Below are positions 19,283 through 29,934 of a stretch of 64,000 nt of DNA, one piece after another (position 1 is the first letter of the stretch; the number at the start of each line of letters is the position of its first letter). Location: contig JBAZKH010000002.1 of NCBI GenBank assembly GCA_041650935.1, positions 128,372-192,371 of the forward strand, written 5' to 3'. Below the pieces are notes generated by a model, which was given only the letters and a program-made list of their open reading frames with translations, was not told the origin of the DNA and searched no databases. The DNA is from Candidatus Omnitrophota bacterium (GTDB lineage: Bacteria > Omnitrophota > Gorgyraeia > 2-01-FULL-45-10). The position numbers and the translations under genes are program-made.

Positions 19283-19407
19283 ATGTTATCAATAAATAAA
19301 CCTGGTGGTTATCTTAAGCGATGTCTCAAACGGTATGCCGCTTTGTATAATGGACGGGACATCATCGTTACCACGATACCGTCGAGAAATCCTATCATAA
19401 AGAAAGA

Positions 19408-20946
19408 ATGGGTAAAGACGGGGCAGTACATAAATTTAATGAGCTGTTGACGGGATCCATGAACAGGAAAATCTTATCGTTATCTATCGCTTTAATAATA
19501 GTCCTGGGGATTGCCGCATATGCCGGTTCCTTAGGCGGTAAGTTTCTGCTGGATGACGAACTCCTGATAAAAAATAACATATTCATCATACATCGGGCCG
19601 GACCCGGGATTTTTTTTACGACGGATATAATGGCGGGAGTGGGCATGGTCTCCGCTTTCTACCGCCCACTCCAGATGATCACCTATGCATCGGATCATGC
19701 CGTATGGAATTTAAACGCAACCGGATATCATATCACGAGTATGCTCCTCCATATACTCGTTGCGTTATGCATATACCGGATGCTTAGTATCCTACTTAGC
19801 GATAACAAGCTCTCTTTCCTGGCCTCCGCCTTATTTGTTGTCCACCCGATACATACCGAAGCAGTCAGCTATATTTCGGGGAGGGCGGACCCTCTTTCCT
19901 GTTTATTCATGCTTCTATGTTTTATAATTTATATAAAAGAGATAAACCGGGACAAGATAAGCCTGCCGGGTTATATACTTATCCCGTTAACTTACGCCTT
20001 AGCGCTTCTCTCGAAAGAGACGAGCGTAATACTACCTCTCCTGCTGCTCTTTTATCATTTTGTCTTCAAACGAAAGATCAAGGTACTGCCGTTTGTCTTA
20101 CTATTGGGCGTTTTTACCGTCTACCTGTTCATCAGGCTTATATATCTAAGGCTCGTATTAGTACCTATGCAAGCCGGTTTTGACACGATGCCTGGCAGGA
20201 TCCCGGGATTTTTTGCCGCTATGCTGACCTATATAAAACTCCTCTTCCTGCCGTTCCCGCTTCACATGGAATACAGGGCCGGGCTATTCGCCTTTACAAA
20301 TCCGAGGGTGATCGCCGGCATTATACTTACTTTTATTATCATCGCCTTTGCCTGGATAAAGAGGAAGAACAAGATAATCCTATTCTCGATAGGCTGGTTC
20401 TTCCTGGGGATCCTTCCCGTATCGAACCTGTACAAGATAAGCGCGTACATGGCGGAGCATTTCCTGTACCTGCCGTCGATAGGATTCTTCATGTTGATTG
20501 CCTATGCATTGACAGGCATCTCTAATAATAAAAAGTATAGTGCCGCCGGGACAGTTCTTATAATAGCGCTTCTTTCATTCTATTTAACCGCGGCGATAAA
20601 GCAAAATGATTACTGGAAAACCCCTTTTGCCTTTTATGACAGGACGTTGAAGCTTGTCCCGGAGAGCGAGAGCGCCTATTACGGCCGCGGGATACTTTAT
20701 GATAAAATCGGAAAATACGACCAGGCCATAGCGGATTATGATATGGCCATCCTCATAAAACCGGATTACACCGATGCGTATAATAATAGGGGAATAGTCT
20801 ACGATAAGAAAGGTGAATACGATAAGGCAATGGCGGATTACAAAAAGGCCATCCGGATAAATCCGGATTATGCGCCTGCCCGCAACAACCTTAAGAATAC
20901 ATACGAAAAGATCGATCGCAATAAGAGTGTTGCCCCACACCCATAA
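19408..20946 (+). CDS. TPR-repeat polytopic membrane protein (TMTC/PMT-like)
   Basis: It has multiple TM helices and C-terminal TPR repeats (AYYGRGILYDKIGKYDQAIADYD, repeated three times). Confidence 0.6.
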   Translation: MGKDGAVHKFNELLTGSMNRKILSLSIALIIVLGIAAYAGSLGGKFLLDDELLIKNNIFIIHRAGPGIFFTTDIMAGVGMVSAFYRPLQMITYASDHAVWNLNATGYHITSMLLHILVALCIYRMLSILLSDNKLSFLASALFVVHPIHTEAVSYISGRADPLSCLFMLLCFIIYIKEINRDKISLPGYILIPLTYALALLSKETSVILPLLLLFYHFVFKRKIKVLPFVLLLGVFTVYLFIRLIYLRLVLVPMQAGFDTMPGRIPGFFAAMLTYIKLLFLPFPLHMEYRAGLFAFTNPRVIAGIILTFIIIAFAWIKRKNKIILFSIGWFFLGILPVSNLYKISAYMAEHFLYLPSIGFFMLIAYALTGISNNKKYSAAGTVLIIALLSFYLTAAIKQNDYWKTPFAFYDRTLKLVPESESAYYGRGILYDKIGKYDQAIADYDMAILIKPDYTDAYNNRGIVYDKKGEYDKAMADYKKAIRINPDYAPARNNLKNTYEKIDRNKSVAPHP

Positions 20947-21119
20947 GGGGAGACCATCTATTTTCCTCAACATTGTGTATAACCTTCGTGCAGTCGGATT
21001 CTGTCATAGTCTGTCATACCCCTATAATTTTTGTGCTCCATTTTAAGCGATTACAAAGTTAGCACTACTGGCACGATTTGTGCTCTATCTATTTGTAAGA
21101 TAGAAAGAGGAGAATCGTA

Positions 21120-21782
21120 ATGAGGTGTATTTTTAGGAACGTACTTCTTGTTGTTTTGCTGTGCGCTGCCGCTATGTTGATGAACTGCGCGGTAACTGAA
21201 GCATCTATTGTTACCGGGGATGTGACCGGAGGATGGGCGTATAACCATGGCGGGGTCTTTGTCCAGTTAACGCCGCCTATCGGCGATGTCGGCAATAATA
21301 ACTTCCAGTCGCCCAATCTCTATGGGTTCAATGAGTCGCAGAATATTGTACTGACGAGAAATGTTACGGCAAATATCGGGACTACTTTAGTAATGGCCGG
21401 GACTGAAGTCTCCAGCCACTATATTTTCTTTGATTCGACCCCATCTAAAAGGCTTTATGGATACGTCGAGTTTGACGAGGATATAATAGCTATAATGACG
21501 AAAGTAGACACCTTGTCAGACAGTGATTTTATTTCAGGAGGTTTCGCGAACTATCTTAACCCTAAAAGACGCGGCCTTGAGGATGCAGATACGGTCACCA
21601 TTGATCCATCAAATCCAAGGAGAATTTATATTAACTTCAAGTCCGGGAACCCCGGAGACTATATACGCGTTTTAACCGGGTCTCCATCGACCTCTACCAC
21701 CCCCGAGCCCGCCACGATGGTTCTTTTCGGCATTGGCAGCGCGGCAATGGCGTTTGCGAGAAGGAAGAAACAGCAGGCATAA
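21120..21782 (+). CDS. PEP-CTERM exosortase-sorted secreted protein
   Basis: It has a signal peptide and a C-terminal PEP motif, TM and basic tail (TPEPATMVLFGIGSAAMAFARRKKQQA). A terminator lies at 21813-21845. Confidence 0.65.
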   Translation: MRCIFRNVLLVVLLCAAAMLMNCAVTEASIVTGDVTGGWAYNHGGVFVQLTPPIGDVGNNNFQSPNLYGFNESQNIVLTRNVTANIGTTLVMAGTEVSSHYIFFDSTPSKRLYGYVEFDEDIIAIMTKVDTLSDSDFISGGFANYLNPKRRGLEDADTVTIDPSNPRRIYINFKSGNPGDYIRVLTGSPSTSTTPEPATMVLFGIGSAAMAFARRKKQQA

Positions 21783-22015
21783 CACAGCGTTTTCATATTA
21801 GTTATTGCAGGGCTTGAGCTTAACGCTCGAGCCCTTTTTATTGATGATCAAAAATCGTGCCAGACAGGCAGGGGACACCCTGGCCGTTCCCTTTAAGCTA
21901 TGATCCCCGAAAGTCCTACGACCTCATCGGGATACTTCTTTACGCTAATAAAAAACAAAGTCTTGACAAGCTATAAATCATATGATATACTTTTGTTACA
22001 CAAAGGAGGAGAGCC

Positions 22016-22291
22016 ATGAAGAGATCATTGTTTATGGTTTTGGCGGTTTTAGGCGTAACCGGGTATTTTACTGCATGCGCGATGGCTGCAGATAGCGAAG
22101 GATCAGGTTGTTCTACGACTTCTTCCGATCCGGTTAAAGAGGTTGTAATGGCTGCACCAAATGCGGTGGCAGCCGGTACCGAGGCGGCCGCTCCGGCGGT
22201 CTCGGATACGGTAAAGGCGGTTGCAACGCCCGTAGCGGATGCTGCCTCCGCGGCAACTGCTCCTTTAACGGGAAGTGAGGAGGCGAAGTAA
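22016..22291 (+). CDS. small Ala-rich secreted/lipoprotein
   Basis: It has a signal peptide with FTAC, its own promoter region, and a strong terminator downstream. Confidence 0.45.
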   Translation: MKRSLFMVLAVLGVTGYFTACAMAADSEGSGCSTTSSDPVKEVVMAAPNAVAAGTEAAAPAVSDTVKAVATPVADAASAATAPLTGSEEAK

Positions 22292-22334
22292 TCTGGACGA
22301 GGCCTTGGCCTCTTATCCGATCCCTACCCAAATA

Positions 22335-22372
22335 AAAGAGCCTCCGGCACAGAAGACCGGAGGCTCTTTTAT
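22335..22372 (+). terminator. rho-independent terminator
   Basis: The sequence agagcctccgg-cacagaaga-ccggaggctct forms the hairpin and is followed by tttt. Confidence 0.6.
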
Positions 22373-22548
22373 CCTCCTTCGCAGAAAACCCCGAGCTTTC
22401 AAGCTCAAAGATGAATGCGTGAGGTTGCGGCGGTGACGAACGTCGAATTGCAGAAATTAGGGACAGACACCATTTTCCACCGAAAATTTCTTCACGCCTC
22501 TAATTTTATGTATTTTAGCTTTTTTTTGTTGTATTTACATAAAACATA

Positions 22549-23757
22549 GTGTATACTTATTTTGCCATGAAACGATATATCCATAGAGCGATAGAAAAAG
22601 AGTTGTTGGCGGCGGCAAAGGAATTCCCTGTGCTTGTTCTTACAGGGCCGCGGCAGACCGGTAAGTCAACCATTCTTCAGCAGATATTCCCGAAACATTA
22701 CTATGCGACCTTTGATGACCCGCTTACAAGTAAGCTTGCCAATGACGACCCCAAGCTTTTTCTTTCCCGCGCTGAAAAGATGATTGTAGATGAAATACAG
22801 TATGCACCGGGCTTACTGCCGTTTATAAAAATGGTTGTCGACCGCGACCGAAGAAACGCGGGGCATTTTATTTTAACTGGCTCTCAGTACTTTCCTCTGA
22901 TGGGTGGCATAAGTGAGTCTCTGGCGGGCAGGGCGGCCCTGTATGAACTGTTGCCTTTTTCTTCAGAAGAGATGCCTCGAAGAGAAGGGGACGACGGGAT
23001 GAGGCAAACGTTTTCAGCCATGTTCCGGGGTTTTTTCCCGGAGGTTGTCGTTCATGGCGCAAATCGGGACCGGTTTTATGCCTCATATCTTCGGACATAT
23101 CTCGAACGCGATATTCGTCAGATAACATCCGTTCACGACTTGAAAGTGTTTCAGAATTTTCTGGAGCTCCTGGCGGCCAGGGCGGGGAATATTCTCAATG
23201 TTCACGAGCTGTCGAAAGAAGCGGCTGTCAGCTTTACATCGGCGAGACGGTGGATCTCTATTCTCGAGTCCACGCGGCTTATTTATCTTCTTCGTCCCTA
23301 TGCAAAAAATATATCGAAGAGGATTATTAAAAGCCCTAAACTTTATTTTACCGACACAGGTCTTTTAGCATATCTTTTGAGATATCCTGATGCTATTACA
23401 ATGAGTACCGGTCCTCAGGCAGGGGCATTTTTTGAAAATCTTGTGCTTGCGGAAATCCTAAAATTGAAATATAATCATAATCTCAATTTTGAACCATACT
23501 TCTACAGAGATTCAAATCATAACGAGATCGACTTTGTGCTGGACTATGGTGTTGCGGTTAAGATGTTTGAGGTAAAGTGCACTTCTACCCCGAATGAGAA
23601 GCACTTCGCGTCATTAGCGAAGCTTGCTAAGGGATTTCGAAATGCCGCCGGATATCTTGTGAGCTTTGTCAAGGAGAGGACAACTATATCAAAGAATATC
23701 GAATCGATAGCATGGATTTCTGTTAAAGATGTAGCGGTGAAATATCGGAAAAAGTAG
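22549..23757 (+). CDS. AAA+ ATPase with DUF4143 C-terminal domain
   Basis: It has Walker A GPRQTGKS and Walker B IVDEIQ, is 402 aa, and shows the conserved family architecture. Confidence 0.7.
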   Translation: MYTYFAMKRYIHRAIEKELLAAAKEFPVLVLTGPRQTGKSTILQQIFPKHYYATFDDPLTSKLANDDPKLFLSRAEKMIVDEIQYAPGLLPFIKMVVDRDRRNAGHFILTGSQYFPLMGGISESLAGRAALYELLPFSSEEMPRREGDDGMRQTFSAMFRGFFPEVVVHGANRDRFYASYLRTYLERDIRQITSVHDLKVFQNFLELLAARAGNILNVHELSKEAAVSFTSARRWISILESTRLIYLLRPYAKNISKRIIKSPKLYFTDTGLLAYLLRYPDAITMSTGPQAGAFFENLVLAEILKLKYNHNLNFEPYFYRDSNHNEIDFVLDYGVAVKMFEVKCTSTPNEKHFASLAKLAKGFRNAAGYLVSFVKERTTISKNIESIAWISVKDVAVKYRKK

Positions 23758-23911
23758 GCACAATTTGGTCACAAGCACAGAAAAGCGAAGAAGATATTAA
23801 GACGGCGTACGAAAGTAAGTTATTAAAGAATAAAGAGTTGTTTGAGTAAAATTTAAGTGTCCCTCGGCCGGAGGCCTCGGGACTTAGCTAACACTATGGC
23901 TTAATAAACTT

Positions 23912-23930
23912 GCTGGCGTAGCTCAGTTGG
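23912..23930 (+). repeat. 19-nt copy of the tRNA-Thr 5' end (gctggcgtagctcagttgg)
   Basis: It is an exact match to 24017-24035 and lies 105 bp upstream of the intact gene. Confidence 0.5.
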
Positions 23931-24016
23931 TTCTGCTTCGCCCTTAAGCACTTAGATAATGGTAGGGCTTCGCAGGAACTTACAGACTTGCCGAGTTGTT
24001 TGACTTAGATTCACAT

Positions 24017-24092
24017 GCTGGCGTAGCTCAGTTGGTAGAGCAGCGGTTTCGTAAACCGCAGGTCAGTGGTTCGAATCCACCCGCCAGCTCCA
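24017..24092 (+). tRNA. tRNA-Thr (anticodon CGU), encoded CCA
   Basis: The acceptor is gctggcg/cgccagc, the anticodon loop ttCGTaa, the T-arm ggttcgaatcc. Confidence 0.85.
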
Positions 24093-24285
24093 TAATATCA
24101 AGTCAGACGGACTTTAATTATAATATCCGTCTGTGTGGGTGAGAACCAGAAAAAGGATTTTAAGGAAAAAACTATAGTTTTTTCCTTATCGGCGCACTAG
24201 AACATCTTTGCGGAAGAAAGAAAAATATTAAAAGGAAAACATCAGGTTTTCCTTTTAAGGAGCGAAGGCGTTAGCTGAAGCGACG

Positions 24286-24308
24286 TTCGAATCCACCCGC
24301 CAGCTCCA
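24286..24308 (+). repeat. 23-nt copy of the tRNA-Thr 3' end (ttcgaatccacccgccagctcca)
   Basis: It is an exact match to 24070-24092. Confidence 0.55.
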
Positions 24309-24435
24309 CTATTATTTAAGTTCAGGTGCAGTCCCGAGTAACCACGGTATGAGTGAAGTTGCGAGGGGCTCCACTATTATTTAAGTTCAGGTGCAGTCCC
24401 GAGTAAACACGGTATGAGTTAAGTTGCGAGGGGCT
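24304..24435 (+). repeat. 2 x 66-bp tandem direct repeat, each unit starting with the tRNA terminal ctcca
   Basis: The units at 24304-24369 and 24370-24435 differ at 2 positions, and a third ctcca plus a related segment follows. Confidence 0.6.
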
Positions 24436-24517
24436 CCATCCTACTTCGCTATTAAGGAGCTTAGATAAGAGTAGAGCTTCGTAGGAATGGTGAGAATCCG
24501 AAGGTCCTACTAATCAT

Positions 24518-24925
24518 ATGATCATACGGGTGATATTGATCGCGATCATCCTTAGCGCCCCCGGCGCATATGCCGAAGAAATAAGGGACACCGCCGTAGC
24601 GGTTGCGCCGGCACCGGACGAAAACCTGTATAAGAAAGATACTGTCCCGCTCGACAGTCCTTATCCGCCGGGTGACGAATATTTTTCCAATTACGAGATG
24701 CCTGTACTTATCGACAAGGCGACAAATAAAGTAACATACTATCAGCCCGCTTCGCATGGCGGGTGGATCGCGGCAGGGGATCAGCAGGCCGCCCTCCAGG
24801 CTTTGTACGACAAGAGAGCGGAGATCAGAAAAGAACAGCAGTTAAGGGATATGCAGGATGAAATGGACAGGATGCGCCGGGATTCGTTCGGGCAAAAGAT
24901 GGAAGAGATGACCTCTCACAGATAA
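24518..24925 (+). CDS. secreted hypothetical protein
   Basis: It has a signal peptide and is 135 aa. Confidence 0.45.
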   Translation: MIIRVILIAIILSAPGAYAEEIRDTAVAVAPAPDENLYKKDTVPLDSPYPPGDEYFSNYEMPVLIDKATNKVTYYQPASHGGWIAAGDQQAALQALYDKRAEIRKEQQLRDMQDEMDRMRRDSFGQKMEEMTSHR

Positions 24926-24947
24926 AACTCCGAAAAGGGGAAAACCA

Positions 24948-25523
24948 GTGGCCGGCAAAAAGATAATCGTATTATCGGCAAGTCCCAGGAAGAACGGCAA
25001 TACCGCTTTACTTGTGAAATGGTTCAGCGAGGGCGCACGGTCAAAAGGCGCCGATGTCGAAATCGTCGAAACGGCTTTCCTGAAATATAAATCGACCGGC
25101 TGTATCTCCTGCAGGGCCTGCCAGAAGCTCAAAAAATACGAATGCGTTATAAACGATGAGGCTAAGCCCGTCCTTAAGCGGATGGCGCATGCGGATGTTA
25201 TTGTCATGGCCACGCCGCTGTATTTCTTCGGGCCGAGCGCCCAGCTTAAACTGGTCTTCGACAGGATGTTTTCTCTGTACAAATGGGACAACGCTGCCGA
25301 TACGATGACAACGCCGCTTAAAGGCAAGATGCTCGTCCTGCTCGCGAGCGCATATGAAGACGTGGGGCTCGATGCCCTCGAAAAACCCTTCTCGATAACC
25401 GCAGATTACACCGGCATGAAATTTAAATCTCTCCTCATTCCCAACGCAGGCGAGTCGGGCGATATTAAGGATAGCGCACCCATCTACAAAAAAGCGATTG
25501 CCTTAGGCAGGGAAGTCGGATAA
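24948..25523 (+). CDS. iron-sulfur flavoprotein / NADPH-dependent FMN reductase family
   Basis: It has a flavodoxin-like fold N-terminus and the compact Cys motif CISCRACQKLKKYEC. Confidence 0.65.
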   Translation: MAGKKIIVLSASPRKNGNTALLVKWFSEGARSKGADVEIVETAFLKYKSTGCISCRACQKLKKYECVINDEAKPVLKRMAHADVIVMATPLYFFGPSAQLKLVFDRMFSLYKWDNAADTMTTPLKGKMLVLLASAYEDVGLDALEKPFSITADYTGMKFKSLLIPNAGESGDIKDSAPIYKKAIALGREVG

Positions 25524-25535
25524 AATAATTTAAGC

Positions 25536-26795
25536 ATGACACGATTCAGAGACGTTCTTAAGAACAAAAATTTCTTATTTCTATGGCTGGGACAGCTGAT
25601 CTCGAATTTCGGCGACAGGCTGAACCAGATGGCGCTCGTCGCGCTCGTCTATCAGCGTAACCCCGGCTCCGAAATTGCGCTCGCCAAGCTCATATCATTC
25701 ACCATAATACCCGTCTTTCTCATCGGCCCCATCGCCGGGGCATGGGTTGACCGGCTCAACAGGAGAAAGATAATGGTGATCTGTGATATATTAAGGGGCG
25801 TTCTTGTCCTTACGATACCTTTTTTCATCAAAGCCGACCAGATACTCTTAGTCTACCTTGCCATATTCCTGGTATTCTCTATCTCGCGTTTCTTCATACC
25901 GTCGAAAATGGCGCTTATACCCGAACTTGTCGCCAAAGACAAGCTCCTTGTGGCGAACGCGCTGAGCGATACGACTCACATGATAGGCAATGTCGTGGGC
26001 CTGGTCGTCGCCGGCGTCATAGTCAACATTGCTTTGGTCGGCGCGATAGGCGGGTTCTATATCGACAGCGTAACGTTCTTCATATCGGCAGGCCTCATAG
26101 CGATGATCGTACAGCGCGGCTTTGCCGGCCATGTCAAAGAGGATCTCGTCGTTACCGGACGAGCGCTCGAAAACTCGTTCCGGCGGACGATCTTCAGTGA
26201 AATAAAAGAAGGGCTTAAGTATCTTGCAAAGTACCGCGACATGCGTTTCGTCGTCTATGTATTCTTCCTGCTCATGGCCGGGGTGGGGGCCATATCCTGC
26301 GTTATAATAGTCTTTATCCAGAGCGCGTTCGGTACATCGACCAGGGACCTGGGAATCCTGGGTATGTTCCTGGTCGGCGGTCTCTTTTTAGGTTCGATCC
26401 TCTATGGCAGATTCTGCCAGAATATGGAGAAGAGGCGCGCTATACACTTAAGTTTTACCGCAAGCGGGATAGCAATAATATTATTTGCGCTTGCCGTGAA
26501 ACATTATCCTAACCTTTTATTAGGCGGCGCGCTTGTAGGGCTGCTCGGGATCTCTATAAGCCCGATAATGGTGAGTACAAATACGCTTACGCATGAAACG
26601 GTGCCCGAAGAGGCAAGGGGCAGGATATTCAGTTCGCTCGATGCGGTGATACATCTGGCATTTCTTGTATTTATGTTCATTGCGGCTTATGCGGCTAAAT
26701 ATATAGACGGGGTATGGATAATAGCAGCGGTAGGGCTGGTGTACTTTATTTGCGGTGCGGTGAGGCTTGTCATGCCTCGGCGTTGCCCGGCATGA
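25536..26795 (+). CDS. MFS transporter
   Basis: It has 12 predicted TM segments, a GPxxGxxxDR-like motif (GPIAGAWVDRLNRRK), and is 419 aa. Confidence 0.75.
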   Translation: MTRFRDVLKNKNFLFLWLGQLISNFGDRLNQMALVALVYQRNPGSEIALAKLISFTIIPVFLIGPIAGAWVDRLNRRKIMVICDILRGVLVLTIPFFIKADQILLVYLAIFLVFSISRFFIPSKMALIPELVAKDKLLVANALSDTTHMIGNVVGLVVAGVIVNIALVGAIGGFYIDSVTFFISAGLIAMIVQRGFAGHVKEDLVVTGRALENSFRRTIFSEIKEGLKYLAKYRDMRFVVYVFFLLMAGVGAISCVIIVFIQSAFGTSTRDLGILGMFLVGGLFLGSILYGRFCQNMEKRRAIHLSFTASGIAIILFALAVKHYPNLLLGGALVGLLGISISPIMVSTNTLTHETVPEEARGRIFSSLDAVIHLAFLVFMFIAAYAAKYIDGVWIIAAVGLVYFICGAVRLVMPRRCPA

Positions 26796-26817
26796 CCCTT
26801 AAGCGAAGCCGAAGGGG

Positions 26818-26988
26818 TCACTTCTTCAAGGAATTTTTCTCTTTTTTGACCTTCTCGGTGCAAATCTTGAAGTAGTTGCAGACAGGACAGCAGATATTTT
26901 CCTCGCCCTTTTCGCCCCGGTACCACTTGGTTTCGCAGGTCCAGTATACCTGGCATGTTTCACAACAATTAATTTTGCTATTAGACAT
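26818..26988 (-). CDS. 56-aa Cys-rich peptide with duplicated CCxxCx5C motif
   Basis: An internal Met start is used. On the minus strand a sigma70-like ttgaca-17-tattct and GAGGAG lie upstream. The two motif copies are CCETCQVYWTC and CCPVCNYFKIC. Confidence 0.4.
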   Translation of the reverse strand: MSNSKINCCETCQVYWTCETKWYRGEKGEENICCPVCNYFKICTEKVKKEKNSLKK

Positions 26989-27032
26989 GATTTGAATCTC
27001 CTCAATGCTTAGAATACAGTATGATCGGATAA

Positions 27033-27545
27033 TTGTCAATGAAGAAATCTTATAAATATGCGTTGATGGCTATCGCGGTCCCGTTTTTTATCGCAGCGTC
27101 GGGGTTTGCGGCGGCACAGGACGGTGCCGCGCGCGAACTCTTTCCGGAGGCGGGCGCGTTCACGGCGAAAAAATGCGGCGATATCTATTATCTCGAGGCG
27201 TCCAGGGACAATAAGGCGGCCGGGTATTGCATAAATGTCACTGCCAAAGGATACGGCGGGCCGATATATATGGTCGTGGGCGTGGAACCGGCCGGCACAA
27301 TAAGGGGGATACGGATCCTTTCGCACTCCGAGACGCCCGGAATAGGCGCGGCGATAAACGAGGTGTCCTCCGTCGGGCGGACGCCGTGGTTTTTGGCGCA
27401 GTTCACGGGAAAACGCGCGGGGGCGATCAGGCTTAAAAAGGATGTGGACGCGGTAAGCGGCGCAACCGTATCGAGCGCGGCAGTAACGAATGCCGTGAAT
27501 GAGTGCGTGGCGGAATTTTTATCGCGGCTTAAAGCGGCAGGATAA
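27033..27545 (+). CDS. secreted FMN-binding-domain protein (RnfG/NqrC-like FMN_bind)
   Basis: It has a signal peptide and the flavinylation-type motif SGATVSS. Confidence 0.6.
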   Translation: MSMKKSYKYALMAIAVPFFIAASGFAAAQDGAARELFPEAGAFTAKKCGDIYYLEASRDNKAAGYCINVTAKGYGGPIYMVVGVEPAGTIRGIRILSHSETPGIGAAINEVSSVGRTPWFLAQFTGKRAGAIRLKKDVDAVSGATVSSAAVTNAVNECVAEFLSRLKAAG

Positions 27546-27624
27546 GATTTAAGGACTTGAAAGATGGCGCGATAAGATTTATAATAAAAACCCTGATGGC
27601 GTAAATTAAAGGAAGGAGATGTAG

Positions 27625-27939
27625 ATGTTGGAAGTAACGAAAGAAAACTTTGAGAAAGAAGTTTTGCGGTCGGATAAGCCGGTGCTTATAGATTTCTGGG
27701 CGCCGTGGTGCATGCCGTGCAAGATCATCGCTCCGGCGGTGGAGCGGCTATCCGAAGAGATGAAGGCTGAGGCTAAAATAATGAAGGCGAACGTCGACGA
27801 GGTGCCGGAGATAGCGACGGAGCTCTCGATACTCAATATACCGACACTCGTCCTGTTCAGGGGCGGCAAAGAACTTGCGCGCATGATCGGTGTCCATTCG
27901 AAAGAGGCGATCGAGAATAAGATAAGGTCCGTGATATGA
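27625..27939 (+). CDS. trxA: thioredoxin
   Basis: It has the active site WAPWCMPCK and is 104 aa. Confidence 0.85.
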   Translation: MLEVTKENFEKEVLRSDKPVLIDFWAPWCMPCKIIAPAVERLSEEMKAEAKIMKANVDEVPEIATELSILNIPTLVLFRGGKELARMIGVHSKEAIENKIRSVI

Positions 27940-28538
27940 ATATAGCGGTGCTCTGTTCCGGCAACGGGTCGAACCTCCAGGCGATCATAGGCAGGGTTGC
28001 AGATGGTTATATACCGGCCAGGATAGTGCTGGTGGTAAGCGACAATAAGGACGCTTATGCGCTTAAGCGCGCCCGCCGGGCCGGTATAGAAACGCTGGTG
28101 CTCGATCCGGGTAATTTCGGCACCCGCGAAAAGTTCGACCGCGAGATCATAAAGAATTTACGAACGAAGAAAGTCGGCCTTGTCGTGCTGGCAGGTTACA
28201 TGAGGCTCCTCGGCAGCCATTTCATAAAAGAGTATAAAGGGCGGATCGTTAATATCCACCCGTCGCTTCTTCCGTCGTTTAAAGGGACCCATGGCATAAA
28301 GGATGCGCTGGAATACGGCGTTAAAGTTACCGGCCCGACGGTCCATTTTGTAGACGAGCAGCTCGACCATGGTCCGATAATCTTACAGAAGGCGCTCGAG
28401 GTAAGGGCTAGCGATACGGAAGAGACCTTGTTTGCGCGCGTGCATAAAGAGGAACATAAAATTTATCCCGAGGCGATAAAATTATTCGTCGAGGGAAGAT
28501 TCAGGATAGACGGACGTAAAGTAAAAATAATGAAGTGA
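27936..28538 (+). CDS. purN: phosphoribosylglycinamide formyltransferase
   Basis: It has a formyltransferase N-domain and the motifs NIHPSLLP and HFVDEQLDHGPII. Confidence 0.85.
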   Translation: MNIAVLCSGNGSNLQAIIGRVADGYIPARIVLVVSDNKDAYALKRARRAGIETLVLDPGNFGTREKFDREIIKNLRTKKVGLVVLAGYMRLLGSHFIKEYKGRIVNIHPSLLPSFKGTHGIKDALEYGVKVTGPTVHFVDEQLDHGPIILQKALEVRASDTEETLFARVHKEEHKIYPEAIKLFVEGRFRIDGRKVKIMK

Positions 28539-28583
28539 AGGTACTCCAGCGCCTGCAATGCTTCCGTTCGCCGCATTGCTTAA

Positions 28584-29918
<1,335 letters not shown>

Positions 29919-29934
29919 CCCGCCTTAACGTGCG

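Noticed and set aside
24304-24435. Possible CRISPR array
   Set aside because: There are only two 66-bp units, directly abutting with no spacers. The units begin with the tRNA terminus, and there are no cas genes.
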